A stretch of DNA of 64,000 nucleotides from Candidatus Eremiobacteria bacterium (GCA_963737065.1 CAVTRC010000002.1:1-64000), one strand, 5' to 3'; shown: positions 29,331 through 40,956, counted from the stretch's first letter. The notes: generated by a model from the letters alone, not told the origin. Numbers and translations: made by a program.

Positions 29331-30842
29331 TCGCATTCTTCCTCGCGCTCGCGATGGTGTTCGTGCCGCTCGACGATCGGCCCGTCACGTACCAACTGCC
29401 GCTCATGCTTGGACGCATCGCCGGTCAACCGATCATCGCACCGCCGCGCGCGTTGATCGGACGCTATCTTCATTTCGGTCAACCGGATGGGATCGTTCGG
29501 TGGCTCAACGCCGATGCGCCGCGTACGGATCGGTACGTCGTTTCGAGCGATATGCTCGCCTACGGTGGGCTGGTCGCATCGCGCGTGCCCGGAGTGACAT
29601 ACGACGATGCGTATTTCCGCTTGCGTGAACTCGACATGCTGCGTCAGCGCTCGCCGCATGCATGGATCGGCACGTTCGGTACCATCATGCGGCTCGCGCC
29701 GACCGGCGTGCCCGCAATCGGCGACGCAGCATCGTTTTTTGCGGCATATCCGACGTGGCAGTATCTGCAGGAGTATGCGAACCTCCACGATCCACCGTCT
29801 GCGGAAGAAGCGGCGCGCGCGCAAGTTCTGGCGCAAAAAATCGGCACGACGACGTTGAGTGCATATCTACAAGCTCGGGCGCGTAACTACGCCGTCGACC
29901 ATCTTTTGATCGGTATGACGGCGGCGGGCATCATCGATCGTCTTGTCCTCGGGCAAGATGATGCAAAGCCGTACGGATTACACGTTCCCGAGCTCGCCGC
30001 GTTGCAGGCGTATGCGCAGCAGGCGCAGACCGGTCCGCGCGTTTCCATCCAACCCGGAGCGGATGAACTCGGTATGGCGCTTGTCGCGCACGGGCTCGCG
30101 CGAGCGGTCCATTGGACGCCGCACGTCGCGGTGTACTACTCACGTCCGGACGGTGCCTCGTATCAAGATCCGTTGGAATTCGCGCCGGTGGGCGTGACGA
30201 TTGAAAGCCTGATCTCGCTTTGCGGCGCCGTGCGCGACGACGACCATCCCGACTTCACGCTTTACGTCCGTGTACCGTCAACGGGCGGCCCGCTCGATGC
30301 CAAACTTCTCGCCGATCTCAAAGAACGCGCCGATGCCGGCCAATCGATCGCGTTCACTGATTTGAGTTTCGAGAAGAGCTACGACGCCCAAGGCGCGTTT
30401 GCGCAGCAGCTGCTGCAGAGCGGGATCGCCTCGAAGCTCGACGCGTACTCTTCGTGGAACACCGCCGCGAACACGATCGGCACGGCGCTCGCCGAAACGA
30501 TCGCCGCCAATGCGGGCCGCCGCTCGCATACGTATGACCGGCTTGCTCATCAGACGTTCACCTTCATCCGCTTGGTCGACGACGTCGATTTCCACGTCAA
30601 AGTCCGTCCCGATCTCAACGCGTGGCTCGGCGGAGAAGACATCGACGATCACACCTATCTGCTTCCGGACGTCGCCGCGCAAACAGCCGCGCGCAATCGC
30701 GAGCCTGTTATGGAGCGATGCGCAGCAAACGCTGCAGCAGCTCTACCCGAACCTCCACATCGCAGCGATGAACATCACCCTGCCGTGGGACCGTACGTTC
30801 GAAACGGAACTCGACGTCAGTTTAGCGCCGAATGTTCCTTGA
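29327..30842 (+). CDS. DUF4127-family protein (+1 frameshift near 30700)
   Basis: VPLDDRP, DMLAYGGLVASR, PGADE, YSSWNTAANTIG; terminal LPWDRTFE lies in the next frame. Confidence 0.8.
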
Positions 30843-30859
30843 ACGCGCGCGGCATCCCG

Positions 30860-31447
30860 TTACGGCGTGCTGGACGGTACGCCGGACGGCGTCTCGTTCG
30901 TACTGGCGGCAGGAGGGCACAGCGTCAGCAGCGCGGCATGAGCCGCCGGGTCTTCCGGTACGCCGTCAAGTCTACCGTATGTCAGCAAATATGCGTCGTG
31001 CGACGGTCCCAGTACGATGGCCTGTTCGTTCATGAACGCATGCGCGCCGATGATGAATTTCTCTTCAACGTACAAGCCGTCCACGGTGCCATTGCAAAGC
31101 TTCTCGTCGCGAAATGCGAGCACGTTCTGCGGCCCGACAAGCTTCTCGAATGTGAGCTTCGTTGCGGAGCGGAACGCGTCTTGGCTGCTCCCGGTAAAGG
31201 TTTGCGTGACAAGATTTATACTGGAGCCAGTCGTCTTGATTGTCGGGGACGACCAGAACCCAATCATGTGCGGTGCGGCCGCCACAAAAATCGGCACCGG
31301 ATGCGGTTCCCAGCCTGCAGGCGGCTGAAACAACTGTGTAACTGACGGACTGGGGCTTGGAGTCGGGCTTGGGCTCATTTGCGCCATCGCGGTCGCGGGA
31401 GCAAAGAGTAAGCCAACTATCAGAAAAGCACTCGCCACCGCGCTCAT
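30860..31447 (-). CDS. Secreted hypothetical protein
   Basis: Signal peptide ending AMA; Pro/Ser linker; AAGGA upstream of ATG 31447. Confidence 0.7.
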   Translation of the reverse strand: MSAVASAFLIVGLLFAPATAMAQMSPSPTPSPSPSVTQLFQPPAGWEPHPVPIFVAAAPHMIGFWSSPTIKTTGSSINLVTQTFTGSSQDAFRSATKLTFEKLVGPQNVLAFRDEKLCNGTVDGLYVEEKFIIGAHAFMNEQAIVLGPSHDAYLLTYGRLDGVPEDPAAHAALLTLCPPAASTNETPSGVPSSTP

Positions 31448-31486
31448 CCCAGTCCTTCTCGCATCAAGGGACGCTAGCATAGGCGA

Positions 31487-32143
31487 CTACAGCCCCAGTT
31501 CGCTAAATCGCCGTGCCATCTCGCCGACGTTTTCGTAGACGCGATAGGCGCCCGCAGCGACGAGTTCTTCCCGACTGTAGCCGCCGGTGAGGACGCCGAC
31601 GCCGAGCGCCCCGGCTCTTCGAGACGAGAGCATGTCCCAAACGGCGTCGCCGATGACGATGGAATCGCCCACGTCGACGCCGAGTTTCTCCGCAGCTTTT
31701 GCAAACGGCTCCGGTGACGGCTTGGACTCCGTTTCGTCGTTTTTTGTTACGACGACCGCATCTTGCGGAGTCGCGATGATCTTCAAGAGTTTTGCGGCGT
31801 CGTCGGGGTTTGCGCTCGTTGCGATCGCCCACGGTGTCTTATACTTCTCAAGCGTTCGCCACAACAGCTGCACGCCGGGCACCGCGCTCGCGCGATCGAT
31901 GTACTTGTGATACTCGTCGGCCTCCGCCTTCTCGATCGACGCTCTCACCTCGCCGGAGAGATCGAGATCGAACGCGTCCGAGACCGCGCGCACGAGCATT
32001 GCACCGGTCATGCCGACGCGCTTGTGGTATTCGAACGCGGGCAGCGTTATGCCATGCGACGTAAAGGCGATGTGCCACGCGGCGACGTGTTCGTAGACGG
32101 AGTCGACCAAGGTTCCGTCGAGATCGAAGATCAGCGCTGACAT
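31487..32143 (-). CDS. HAD-family hydrolase
   Basis: FDLDGTLVDS, ATS, KPSP, IGDAVWD. Confidence 0.92.
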   Translation of the reverse strand: MSALIFDLDGTLVDSVYEHVAAWHIAFTSHGITLPAFEYHKRVGMTGAMLVRAVSDAFDLDLSGEVRASIEKAEADEYHKYIDRASAVPGVQLLWRTLEKYKTPWAIATSANPDDAAKLLKIIATPQDAVVVTKNDETESKPSPEPFAKAAEKLGVDVGDSIVIGDAVWDMLSSRRAGALGVGVLTGGYSREELVAAGAYRVYENVGEMARRFSELGL

Positions 32144-32523
32144 AGTTCGATCAGTACGCCTTGCGTCGACTTGGGATGAAGAAACGCGATACGATTGCCG
32201 TGCGCGCCCTTGCGCGGGTGCTCGTCGATGAGCCGCACGCCTTTGCTTCTCAAATCGGCCAGCTTCGCTTCGATGTCGTCGACGCGGTAGGCGGTGTGGT
32301 GCAATCTCGTATCGGCGTCGCCGCGGTACTTGGCGATCGGCGAGCCTTCGTCGAGCGGTCGCAACAGTTCGACGATCGATTCACCGGCCTGCAGCCCCAC
32401 CGCTTCGACGCCCTGGTCTTCGATCGTTTCCCGGTACACGGGATAGAATCCGAGCGTTTCGGTGTAGAATTTCACCGTTGCCTCCAAGTCCTTGACGACG
32501 ATCGCGATGTGATCGATCTTCAT
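32131..32523 (-). CDS. mce: Methylmalonyl-CoA epimerase
   Basis: IDHIAIVV, LHHTAYRVDDI, FLHPKSTQGVLIEL. Confidence 0.93.
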   Translation of the reverse strand: MKIDHIAIVVKDLEATVKFYTETLGFYPVYRETIEDQGVEAVGLQAGESIVELLRPLDEGSPIAKYRGDADTRLHHTAYRVDDIEAKLADLRSKGVRLIDEHPRKGAHGNRIAFLHPKSTQGVLIELCQR

Positions 32524-34098
32524 GCGACGACTTCCTTGGCGCGATAGACGCCGAACACGTCGCGGAGCACGTTGCAGATTTCGCCGAGGGTCGCACCCGC
32601 GTCGACTGCGTCGATGAAATGCGGCATCAGATTGTCGCGTCCGGCCGCCGCGGCGCGAACGTCGTCCAGCCGTACGCACACGAGCGCGTTGTCGCGCTGC
32701 GCGCGGAAGCGTTGGAGACGGCCCGTCTGTTCGCGTTCGATGCGCTCTTCGATGCGCTGCAACGGTATCTTTAGCTCACCGTCCGCCTTCGGAAAATTCG
32801 TTCACGCCGACGACGACCGCGTCACCGCGCTCGATAGCTTGTTGTGCCTGATATGCGGAATCGGCAATACGGCTTTGCATCCATCCCGACTCGATCGCGG
32901 CGATGCTTCCGCCCATTTCATCGACTTCGGCAATGAGGGCACGTGCGCGTTCGATTAGCTCGTTCGTGAGCGATTCGACGTAATACGATCCGGCAAGCGG
33001 ATCCACGATATCGGCGACGCCCGATTCGTACCCGATGATCTGCTGCGTGCGAAGGGCTAACTTTGCGCTTTCGGCGGTTGGAAGCGCAAGTGCTTCATCT
33101 TTGCCGTTCGTGTGCAGCGATTGTGTGCCGCCCAGGACAGCCGCGAGCGCTTGCAGCGTAACGCGAACCACGTTGTTGTCCGGTTCTTGCGCGGTGAGCG
33201 TCGAGCCGGCCGTTTGCGTGTGGAAGCGAAGCATCTGCGAGCGCGGGTCCTTGCAGCCGAATTCATCGCGCGTGATATGTGCCCACAAGAAGCGCGCGGC
33301 ACGGAACTTCGCGACCTCTTCGAAGAAGTCGTTATGCGCATTCCAAAAGAACGAGATCCGCGGCGCTACGACGTCGAGATCGATACCCGCGTTACGCGCG
33401 GCATGCAAGTATGCTTTCGCGTTGGAGAGCGTGAACGCGATCTCTTCGACGGCCGTGGAGCCGGCTTCCCGAATGTGATAGCCGGAGATCGAAATCGTGT
33501 TCCACTGCGGCACGTGCTGCGCGCAATACGCCATGAGATCGGTAACCAGCCGCATCGACGGTTCCGGCGGATAGATGTAGGTTCCGCGTGCGACATACTC
33601 CTTGAGCACGTCGTTTTGCACCGTGCCTCCCAGCTTCTCGAACGGGATGCCGCGACGGCGAGCGACGGCGAGCAGCATCGCGAGCAGAACGGACGCCGGC
33701 GCATTGATCGTCATCGAGACCGTCACCCGATCGAGCGGAATGCGATCGAAGAGCGTCTCCATGTCGGCAACGGAATCGATTGCAACACCGACCTTTCCGA
33801 CTTCGCCCCGCGCAATCGGCGCATCGGAGTCATGACCGAGCTGCGTCGGAAGATCGAACGCGACGGACAGTCCGGTCGTGCCGCGCTCGAGCAGATATCG
33901 ATAGCGCGCATTCGACTCGGCTGCCGTTGCAAAACCCGCATACTGGCGCATCGTCCACAGACGGCCGCGATACATGTCGCGACGGATTCCGCGACCGAAC
34001 GGAAATGCGCCCGGCTCACCCAAGTCGTGCGGCGTTCCCCGCGTGCGGTCGTATGTCGACTGCAGCGGTATGCCGCTTGCATTTTCATCCCTTGCCAT
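32520..34098 (-). CDS. Methylmalonyl-CoA mutase large (substrate-binding) subunit, split type (+1 frameshift near 32776)
   Basis: [40 protein letters not shown]-terminal ATLGEI lies in the next frame; no B12-binding domain. Confidence 0.93.
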
Positions 34099-34209
34099 GC
34101 CGCCGGAATGTTTCGCGAAAGAATGGCTTGCACCGCTTTCGTTCGAACGCCTTCGGATGAACACAATGCTGGAGCGCGCTGCCGCGGCGCAAGCGGACAA
34201 GAGACTGTC

Positions 34210-34803
34210 GTGACGATACCGGACGGTTATCACGACGTACCGCCCGGCAAGCTGGCAAACGTTGTCACGAACCTTGAAATGTTTGCGCGTCCGCCCGTGC
34301 GTGCCGATCCGCCCGGCGTTCGCGCGAGGTTGCGGCGGATGGAACGGCCGCCGCTCGACGAGTATCGCGCGCTCTTTCATAAAGTCGGCGACGAGTATCT
34401 GTGGATGTCGCGCCTGGTAATGAGCGACGAAGAACTGTCGTCCGTCGTGCACGATCCGCTCGTTGAGATTTACGCGGTCGCATACGAAGGCGACGACGAG
34501 GGAATGCTCGAGCTGGATTTTCGGAACCAACCAGAAGCGGAGCTCGTATTTTTCGCGCTCACCGGCCGTCTCATTGGAACCGGAACCGGACGGTGGCTGA
34601 TGAACCGCGCGCTCGACGTCGCATGGTCGCATCGGATCCGCCGTTTGTGGGTGCACACGTGCACGCTCGATCATCCGAATGCGGTGGATTTTTACATTCG
34701 CTCCGGTTTTGTGCCGTTCAAACGGCAAGTCGAAGTTTGCGACGATCCACGGCTGATGGGCGCGGCGCCGCGTGACGCGGCCGCGCATATCCCGCTACTC
34801 TAG
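34210..34803 (+). CDS. GNAT-family N-acetyltransferase
   Basis: [28 protein letters not shown]. Confidence 0.88.
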   Translation: MTIPDGYHDVPPGKLANVVTNLEMFARPPVRADPPGVRARLRRMERPPLDEYRALFHKVGDEYLWMSRLVMSDEELSSVVHDPLVEIYAVAYEGDDEGMLELDFRNQPEAELVFFALTGRLIGTGTGRWLMNRALDVAWSHRIRRLWVHTCTLDHPNAVDFYIRSGFVPFKRQVEVCDDPRLMGAAPRDAAAHIPLL

Positions 34804-36558
34804 TGTGACCAGCGGTGAATTCGCTTCGACGGTCACGCCGGGTTCCGCGTGAACTGCGGTCACCGTTCCCGCGCGATGCGCGCGGATTTCGTTCATCATT
34901 TTCATCGCTTCGACGACCGCGACGACTTGGCGCTCCTCGACCGCTTCGCCCACGTTGACCTTGATTTCAACGACCGCGCCGTGCATCGGCGAGATGATGT
35001 CGTTGCCGTGCGACGTCGCCGCGGCTTTCTTTGAAATCGCGCGCCGCGGCGCGCCTTTTGCTTCGGTCGCCGGTGATATTGCTGCGGTGCGGCCGTTCGG
35101 CACGTCGAGCACGCGAACGCGATACATCCGTTCGTTGATCTCGACGCGAATCACGGGCGATGCTTGCGCCTGTTCCGACACGGGCGCGCGAACTTCACCG
35201 TTGGTCTTGGCGGCGAAATGTGCGGCGGCGAACGGCTCCAGCGTTGCCGTCCCGTACGTCGCGTCGAGCACCGGCGGATAGTCGCAAAGCGCGCGAAGCA
35301 GCGGGAGCGTCGTTGGTACGCCTTCGATGACGTATTCGTCGATCGCGCGTCGCAGACGCGCAATCGCTTCGCCGCGCGTCGGCGCCCACACGACCAATTT
35401 CGCAATCATCGAATCGTAGTCCGGAGAAATCGTATAACCCGGATACGCAGCGCTGTCGACCCGTACGCCGAGACCGCCCGGCTCGCGATACGACGTGATC
35501 GTCCCGGGCGCAGGCCGGAAGTTTGCTGCCGGATCTTCCGCGTTCACCCGCCCCTCGATCGCGAAACCGCGGAAGTCGATATCGTCTTGTGCAAAGCCGA
35601 GCTTTTCGCCCGCGGCGATGCGAATCTGCTCGCGTATCAAGTCGATTCCGGAGATCATTTCGCTCACAGTGTGCTCGACTTGGATGCGCGTATTCATCTC
35701 GAGAAAGAAGAACTCGTCTCCCGAGACGAGACATTCGATCGTGCCGACGGAGTCATAACCGATCGCCTGTGCCGCGCGCACGCCTGCGTCGCGCATGGCG
35801 CGCCGTACCTTCAGCGGAATCTGCGGCGGCGCTTCTTCCCAGACTTTTTGATGGCGGCGCTGCAGCGAACAGTCACGCTCGCCGACATGGAGCACCGTGC
35901 CGTGTTTGTCGGCAAGGATCTGCAGCTCGACGTGTTTGGGATTTTCGAGATACCGCTCGGCGTAGATCGTTCCGTTCTTGAAATACGCCTCCGCTTCGCG
36001 TTGCGCCGTCGTGAACGCGGATTCGATCTCGTCAAGCGTCCGCGCGACCTTCAATCCTTTGCCGCCGCCGCCGCCCGATGCTTTGAGCGCGAGCGGCAAA
36101 CCGTATTGCTGCGCCGCGCGCTTCGCACCCGCGACGTCCGGAATCGCTTCGGTGCCACCCGGGACAAACGGGACGTTCGCTTGTTGCATCGCTTGACGCG
36201 CTCGCAGTTTGTCGCCCATCGCCTCGACTGCATCTGCGTGCGGGCCGATCCATACGAACCCCGAAGCAACGACGCGCCGTGCAAATGCAGCGTTTTCCGC
36301 GAGGAACCCGTATCCCGGATGAATCGCTTGCGCTTCCGAACGCATGGCGACATCGAGAATCGCATCCGCGTTGAGGTAGCTCTGCGACGGTGCGGCAGGA
36401 CCAACGAGATAGGCCTCGTCCGCCATGCGTACGTGCATGCCGTCTCGATCCGCTTCGGAATAGATCGCAACGGTTGCGATGCCCATTTCGCGAGCGGTGC
36501 GAATAATACGGACCGCGATCTCGCCGCGGTTCGCGATGAGAATCTTAGTGAAGGGCAC
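34795..36558 (-). CDS. Acyl-CoA carboxylase alpha subunit (biotin carboxylase + BCCP)
   Basis: ANRGEIA, HPGYGFLAEN, EMNTRIQVEH, biotin site EAMKM. Confidence 0.95.
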   Translation of the reverse strand: MPFTKILIANRGEIAVRIIRTAREMGIATVAIYSEADRDGMHVRMADEAYLVGPAAPSQSYLNADAILDVAMRSEAQAIHPGYGFLAENAAFARRVVASGFVWIGPHADAVEAMGDKLRARQAMQQANVPFVPGGTEAIPDVAGAKRAAQQYGLPLALKASGGGGGKGLKVARTLDEIESAFTTAQREAEAYFKNGTIYAERYLENPKHVELQILADKHGTVLHVGERDCSLQRRHQKVWEEAPPQIPLKVRRAMRDAGVRAAQAIGYDSVGTIECLVSGDEFFFLEMNTRIQVEHTVSEMISGIDLIREQIRIAAGEKLGFAQDDIDFRGFAIEGRVNAEDPAANFRPAPGTITSYREPGGLGVRVDSAAYPGYTISPDYDSMIAKLVVWAPTRGEAIARLRRAIDEYVIEGVPTTLPLLRALCDYPPVLDATYGTATLEPFAAAHFAAKTNGEVRAPVSEQAQASPVIRVEINERMYRVRVLDVPNGRTAAISPATEAKGAPRRAISKKAAATSHGNDIISPMHGAVVEIKVNVGEAVEERQVVAVVEAMKMMNEIRAHRAGTVTAVHAEPGVTVEANSPLVTLE

Positions 36559-36697
36559 GCAACTCTTCCATTCCCAGCTCGGGCATTCGAGCGGCGGTCT
36601 TCCAACGCGAGACCGTCGATTGCGGCGCGTTCACCTCGGAGGCTTCGGTGAGCAGATCGAGCGCGACGACGAGCGCGGCCATTTCGTCTTCGCTCAC
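36545..36697 (-). CDS. Putative acyl-CoA carboxylase epsilon-like small subunit (50 aa)
   Basis: MSEDEMAALVVALDLL...SRWKTAAR; GTGA overlap with the fabI stop and overlap with the alpha-subunit start; below the ORF-track size cut-off. Confidence 0.65.
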   Translation of the reverse strand: MSEDEMAALVVALDLLTEASEVNAPQSTVSRWKTAARMPELGMEELRALH

Positions 36698-37485
36698 TTC
36701 AATGTGAAATCAGGCGGAATCATCCCCACCGCATGATACCCGCCATCGACAAAGTGCACGTCCGCCGTAATCGCCGACGAAAGGTCCGACGCAAGATACA
36801 CGGCGGTGTTGCCGACGTCTTCAGCGGTGACGTTGCGCCGAAGCGGCGCGACTTGCGGTACGACGTCGAGCATTTTCGTCGCGCCCGAAACCTGGCGCAT
36901 GCTGGCGGTTTTGATCGGTCCTGCCGAGATCGCGTTGACGCGAATGCCACGATTTCCGAGGTCGTACGCTAGATAGCGCATCGACGACTCGAGCGCTGCC
37001 TTCGCAATTCCCATCAAGTTGTAGTTCGGCACGATGGCTGTTGCCCCAAGATACGTCAGCGCCATGATCGAGCCGTTGTCGTTGATGTCGTCGCGAAGCG
37101 TCGATACGAGCGCGATCAGCGAATACGCCGAAACATCGAGGCAAAGCGAAAAACCGCCGCGCGTCGTGTCGTACACGGTCCCACGCAAGTCATTTTTGTC
37201 GGCAAAGGCGATCGAGTGCACGAGCCCGTCGATCTTCCCGAACGACGATACGAGCTCGTTGCGCATCGCTTGCAGCGACTCGTCTTTAGAGACGTCACAT
37301 TCGATGACCGTGCCGCCGCCGAGTTCCGTTGCGAGTCGCTCGACTTCATCCTTGACGCGTTCGCCCTGGTACGTGAACGCCAGCGTCGCGCCGTGCTCGT
37401 GCATTTTGTGCGCGATGCCCGTCGAGATCGACCAGCGATTGGCAACGCCCGTAATGAGGACGCGCTTTCCTTCAAGCAGCTTCAC
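36694..37485 (-). CDS. fabI: Enoyl-ACP reductase
   Basis: GVANRWSI, LVHSIAFA, YNLMGIAKAALE, NAISAGPIKT. Confidence 0.95.
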   Translation of the reverse strand: MKLLEGKRVLITGVANRWSISTGIAHKMHEHGATLAFTYQGERVKDEVERLATELGGGTVIECDVSKDESLQAMRNELVSSFGKIDGLVHSIAFADKNDLRGTVYDTTRGGFSLCLDVSAYSLIALVSTLRDDINDNGSIMALTYLGATAIVPNYNLMGIAKAALESSMRYLAYDLGNRGIRVNAISAGPIKTASMRQVSGATKMLDVVPQVAPLRRNVTAEDVGNTAVYLASDLSSAITADVHFVDGGYHAVGMIPPDFTLK

Positions 37486-37657
37486 GTACGCTAGATACCA
37501 TCGCAACCGACGGCGACCTTCTCGAAGCAGCAGCGCAGACACGCGCGATGGATCGCGACGCAGATGGTGGCGTGCGAACAACACCGAGCGCGCTCAATGC
37601 GCGTCTTTCACCATGAACCGACCGGTCGGCAAGACGTTTGCCGAACGCTCGCGTCTC

Positions 37658-39211
37658 CTAGAGCGGAATGTTGCCGTGCTTGCGCTTTGGTCGCTCGACG
37701 CGCTTGTTTTCCAGCATCTCGAGCGCGGTCGCAATCGCTCCCCGCGTCCGATGCGCCTCGATGACGTCATCGACGTAGCCGCGCTGTGCCGCGATGTACG
37801 GATTCGCAAAGCGTTCGGTGTACTCGTCGATCAGTTCTTTCGTCTTTGCGTCTTTGTCCGCGGCCGCGGCGATTTCGCGGCGATCGATCACCTTGACCGC
37901 GCCCTCCGCGCCCATCACGGCAATTTCGGCCGTTGGCCATGCCAGGTTGATGTCGGCGCGAATGTGCTTCGACGCCATAACGTCATATGCACCGCCGTAC
38001 GCTTTGCGAGTGATCACCGTAATTTTCGGTACGGTCGCCTCCGCGAAGGCATAGAGCAGTTTCGCGCCGTGTAAAATGATGCCGCCGTACTCTTGATCGG
38101 TGCCCGGCAAGAACCCCGGAACGTCAACGAACGTGATCAACGGGATGTTGAACGCGTCGCAAAAACGTACGAAGCGCGCCGCTTTGATCGACGACTTGAT
38201 GTCAAGCACGCCGGCGAGCACGTTCGGCTGGTTCGCGACGACGCCGATGCTGCGTCCCGCGATGCGCCCGAAGCCGCAGATGATGTTTTGCGCGTAGTGC
38301 GGTTGAATCTCGAAGAAGTCACCGTAGTCAAGCACGCCTTCGATCACCTCGTGCATGTCGTACGGCTTGTTGGGCGAGTCGGGGACGAGATCGTTGAGTT
38401 CGGGCGTTTCACGTTGCGGATCATCGTCGGTCGTGAAGCGCGGTGCGTCGTCTAAATTGTTCTGCGGCATATACGAGAGCAGCAGCTTCGTCGATTCGAC
38501 GAGATCGTCTTCATCGCTCGCGACGACGTGCGCGACGCCGCTTCTCGTCGCGTGCGTCATCGCGCCACCGAGTTGCTCGAACGTCACGTCTTCACCGGTC
38601 ACCGTTTTGATGATTTCCGGACCGGTAATGAACATCTGCGAGATATGCTCGGTCATCAGAACGAAGTCCGTGATCGCGGGCGAGTACACGGCTCCGCCGG
38701 CGCACGGACCGGCGATAAGGCTCAGTTGCGGAATAACGCCGCTCGCCTGAACGTTGCGCCAAAATATCTCGGCATAACCGCCGAGCGATACGACACCCTC
38801 CTGAATGCGTGCGCCGCCGGAGTCGTTGACGCCGATCATGGGCGAACCGGTCCGCACGGCAAGGTCCATGACCTTGCAAATCTTCTCTGCGAACGCTTCG
38901 CCGAGAGAACCGCCCAGCACCGTGAAGTCTTGAGAGAACACGAAGATCTGACGGCCGTCGATCGTTGCGCGTCCCGTAATCACGCCGTCGCCGAGGAACT
39001 CTTTGTCGTCTAAGCCGAACGCATTTGTCCGGTGCACGACGAACTGATCGAGCTCGGTGAACGACCCATCATCGACCAGCGCTTCGATCCGTTCGCGCGC
39101 GGTGCGTTTACCGCGCGCATGCTGACGTTCGATGGCGTCAGTGCCGGCGGGCGCTTGCGCGAGCGCGCGCTTGCGCGCGAGTTCTTCATATTTTTCCCCG
39201 TGCGATCTCAC
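37658..39211 (-). CDS. pccB: Acyl-CoA (propionyl-CoA) carboxylase beta subunit
   Basis: [47 protein letters not shown]. Confidence 0.93.
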   Translation of the reverse strand: MRSHGEKYEELARKRALAQAPAGTDAIERQHARGKRTARERIEALVDDGSFTELDQFVVHRTNAFGLDDKEFLGDGVITGRATIDGRQIFVFSQDFTVLGGSLGEAFAEKICKVMDLAVRTGSPMIGVNDSGGARIQEGVVSLGGYAEIFWRNVQASGVIPQLSLIAGPCAGGAVYSPAITDFVLMTEHISQMFITGPEIIKTVTGEDVTFEQLGGAMTHATRSGVAHVVASDEDDLVESTKLLLSYMPQNNLDDAPRFTTDDDPQRETPELNDLVPDSPNKPYDMHEVIEGVLDYGDFFEIQPHYAQNIICGFGRIAGRSIGVVANQPNVLAGVLDIKSSIKAARFVRFCDAFNIPLITFVDVPGFLPGTDQEYGGIILHGAKLLYAFAEATVPKITVITRKAYGGAYDVMASKHIRADINLAWPTAEIAVMGAEGAVKVIDRREIAAAADKDAKTKELIDEYTERFANPYIAAQRGYVDDVIEAHRTRGAIATALEMLENKRVERPKRKHGNIPL

Positions 39212-39222
39212 GGGAAGAAGCG

Positions 39223-39399
39223 TTAGGTAGCGCTCTCCTCGCTGCCTTCATCGGAGTCGCCGGTGAGGGCCTCAGCGATTTGCTCTTCGAAAAGCGCTCG
39301 CTCAGCGCCGACCATACCCGTGTCATCCGCTCCGACGACCGCATCTTCGTTGCCGTTGTCTTCGAAGATCTGTTCGATGTCCGAATGTTTGCGTTCCAT
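39223..39399 (-). CDS. Small acidic hypothetical protein (58 aa)
   Basis: [14 protein letters not shown]...; TATAGT 7 nt upstream of ATG (leaderless-like); not in the ORF track. Confidence 0.55.
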   Translation of the reverse strand: MERKHSDIEQIFEDNGNEDAVVGADDTGMVGAERALFEEQIAEALTGDSDEGSEESAT

Positions 39400-39420
39400 A
39401 GGCGGAACTATACCCCGATA

Positions 39421-40956
39421 TCAGTCGACGGCTATCGGCGCGTGATGTGATGCGGCGGTTTTCGGCGGCCGTAACAGAATGACGAGCGGTGTAAGGATGA
39501 ACGTCACGATACCGAGGACGTAAAACGCATCCGCAAATGCGAGCGTCGTCGCTTGTTGATTCACCGCTCCGGCGACGTTTGCGAGCGGCGCGTGCGCGGC
39601 GAGCGCGCGCTGTACGGCGGGATGTGAAAGCGTAATGGCTCCCGCGAGATTATCGAGGTGGAACGCACCGCGGCGATCGAGGAGCGTGACCAGGATCGCC
39701 GTGGCGATCGAACCGCCGAGTTGCTGGCACAAACTCAAGAGCGACGTGGCCTTCTGTGTATCGAGTCCTTGTACCGAACTCAACACGGACACCGCGAGCG
39801 GCACGAAGAGCATGCCGAACCCGATCCCGCCGAAGACGAGCGGGAACACGAACGTCGAGAAGACGCTGTCCGTCGTCAGCACTTGCGCCGTCAGCACGTT
39901 GGCAATCGCAACGATGATGAAGCCCGTGGCGAGCAAAATCTGCGGACGCACTTTCGCGCGATTGAGCAGTGCGAGCGTGACGAAGGTCATCACCATGATC
40001 CCAAGCGCGCGCGTGAGGATGGAAAGACCCGAGAGCGTCGCGGTGAACGCGAGCAAGCCTTGCTGAAACTGCGGCGTCAGAATAACACCGCCGAAGAGTG
40101 AAAACGCGAGCACCATCGCGAGCGCACAGCCCGCTGCCACCGTGCGATTACGCAAGAGAATCCGCAGATCAACGATCGGATTCTTTACGACGCGGAGTTC
40201 CCAATACGCGAACGTTGCGAGCGCGCCAACGGCGACCGCCGCGGTTAGCGTGATGTTTTGATCGTTGAACCAGTCGTAGCGTTCGCCTTCGTCGAGCACG
40301 TACTGCAAACATCCGAGCCCCATCGCCATCAACGCAAGTCCAACGCCGTCGACGGACGGACGTCCGCGCCGCGCCGGGTCGCGCAAGTACATCGCGCACA
40401 GCAACGCGGAAATGATCCCGGGAAGAACGTTCACGTAAAAGATCCAGTTCCATGACAGCGCGTCGGTGAGATATCCGCCGAGCGTTGGTCCGATCGACGG
40501 ACCAACGACTGCGCCGAGCGACGTGAGCGCTTGGCTCAATCCCAGTTGTTTCGGGGGAAACGTGTCGCGCATAATCGCCTGTCCGGTTGCAATCAAGCCA
40601 CCGCCGCACAGCCCTTGGAGCACCCGATAGAATACGAGTTGCTCGAGGCTCGTCGCGGTGCCGCAAAGTCCCGATGTGATCGTGAACCCCACGATCGCGC
40701 TGACGTAATAGTTGCGCCGCCCCATCAACTGTTGCAGCCACGGCGTCAACGGGATCACGATGACCGCCGCGATGATGTATCCCGTGACGATCCACGCGGC
40801 GTCGTCGAAGTTCGCGCCCATGTTGCCCTGAATCGTCGGAAGCGCGACATTGACGATCGTTGCGTCGAGCACTTGCAGCAGTGTTGCCGACATTACACCG
40901 ATGACGATCAGCCATCGACGCATTCCGTATTCGACGAGGTCTTGGTTTCCGTGCAT
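39421..40956 (-). CDS. DHA2/EmrB-family MFS efflux transporter
   Basis: DATIVNVALPTIQG, RVLQGLCGG, GPSIGPTLGG, WNWIFYVN; multiple TMs. Confidence 0.93.
   Translation of the reverse strand: MHGNQDLVEYGMRRWLIVIGVMSATLLQVLDATIVNVALPTIQGNMGANFDDAAWIVTGYIIAAVIVIPLTPWLQQLMGRRNYYVSAIVGFTITSGLCGTATSLEQLVFYRVLQGLCGGGLIATGQAIMRDTFPPKQLGLSQALTSLGAVVGPSIGPTLGGYLTDALSWNWIFYVNVLPGIISALLCAMYLRDPARRGRPSVDGVGLALMAMGLGCLQYVLDEGERYDWFNDQNITLTAAVAVGALATFAYWELRVVKNPIVDLRILLRNRTVAAGCALAMVLAFSLFGGVILTPQFQQGLLAFTATLSGLSILTRALGIMVMTFVTLALLNRAKVRPQILLATGFIIVAIANVLTAQVLTTDSVFSTFVFPLVFGGIGFGMLFVPLAVSVLSSVQGLDTQKATSLLSLCQQLGGSIATAILVTLLDRRGAFHLDNLAGAITLSHPAVQRALAAHAPLANVAGAVNQQATTLAFADAFYVLGIVTFILTPLVILLRPPKTAASHHAPIAVD

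Noticed and set aside
30843..31345. C-terminal extension of the 672-aa DUF4127 ORF
   Set aside because: An out-of-frame tail after the +1 frameshift, overlapping a minus-strand gene.
33112..34209. Long N-terminal extension of the GNAT ORF (563 aa), and the 670-aa mutase ORF
   Set aside because: Both are antisense read-through of the opposite gene in GC-rich DNA; the likely starts are 34210 and 34098.
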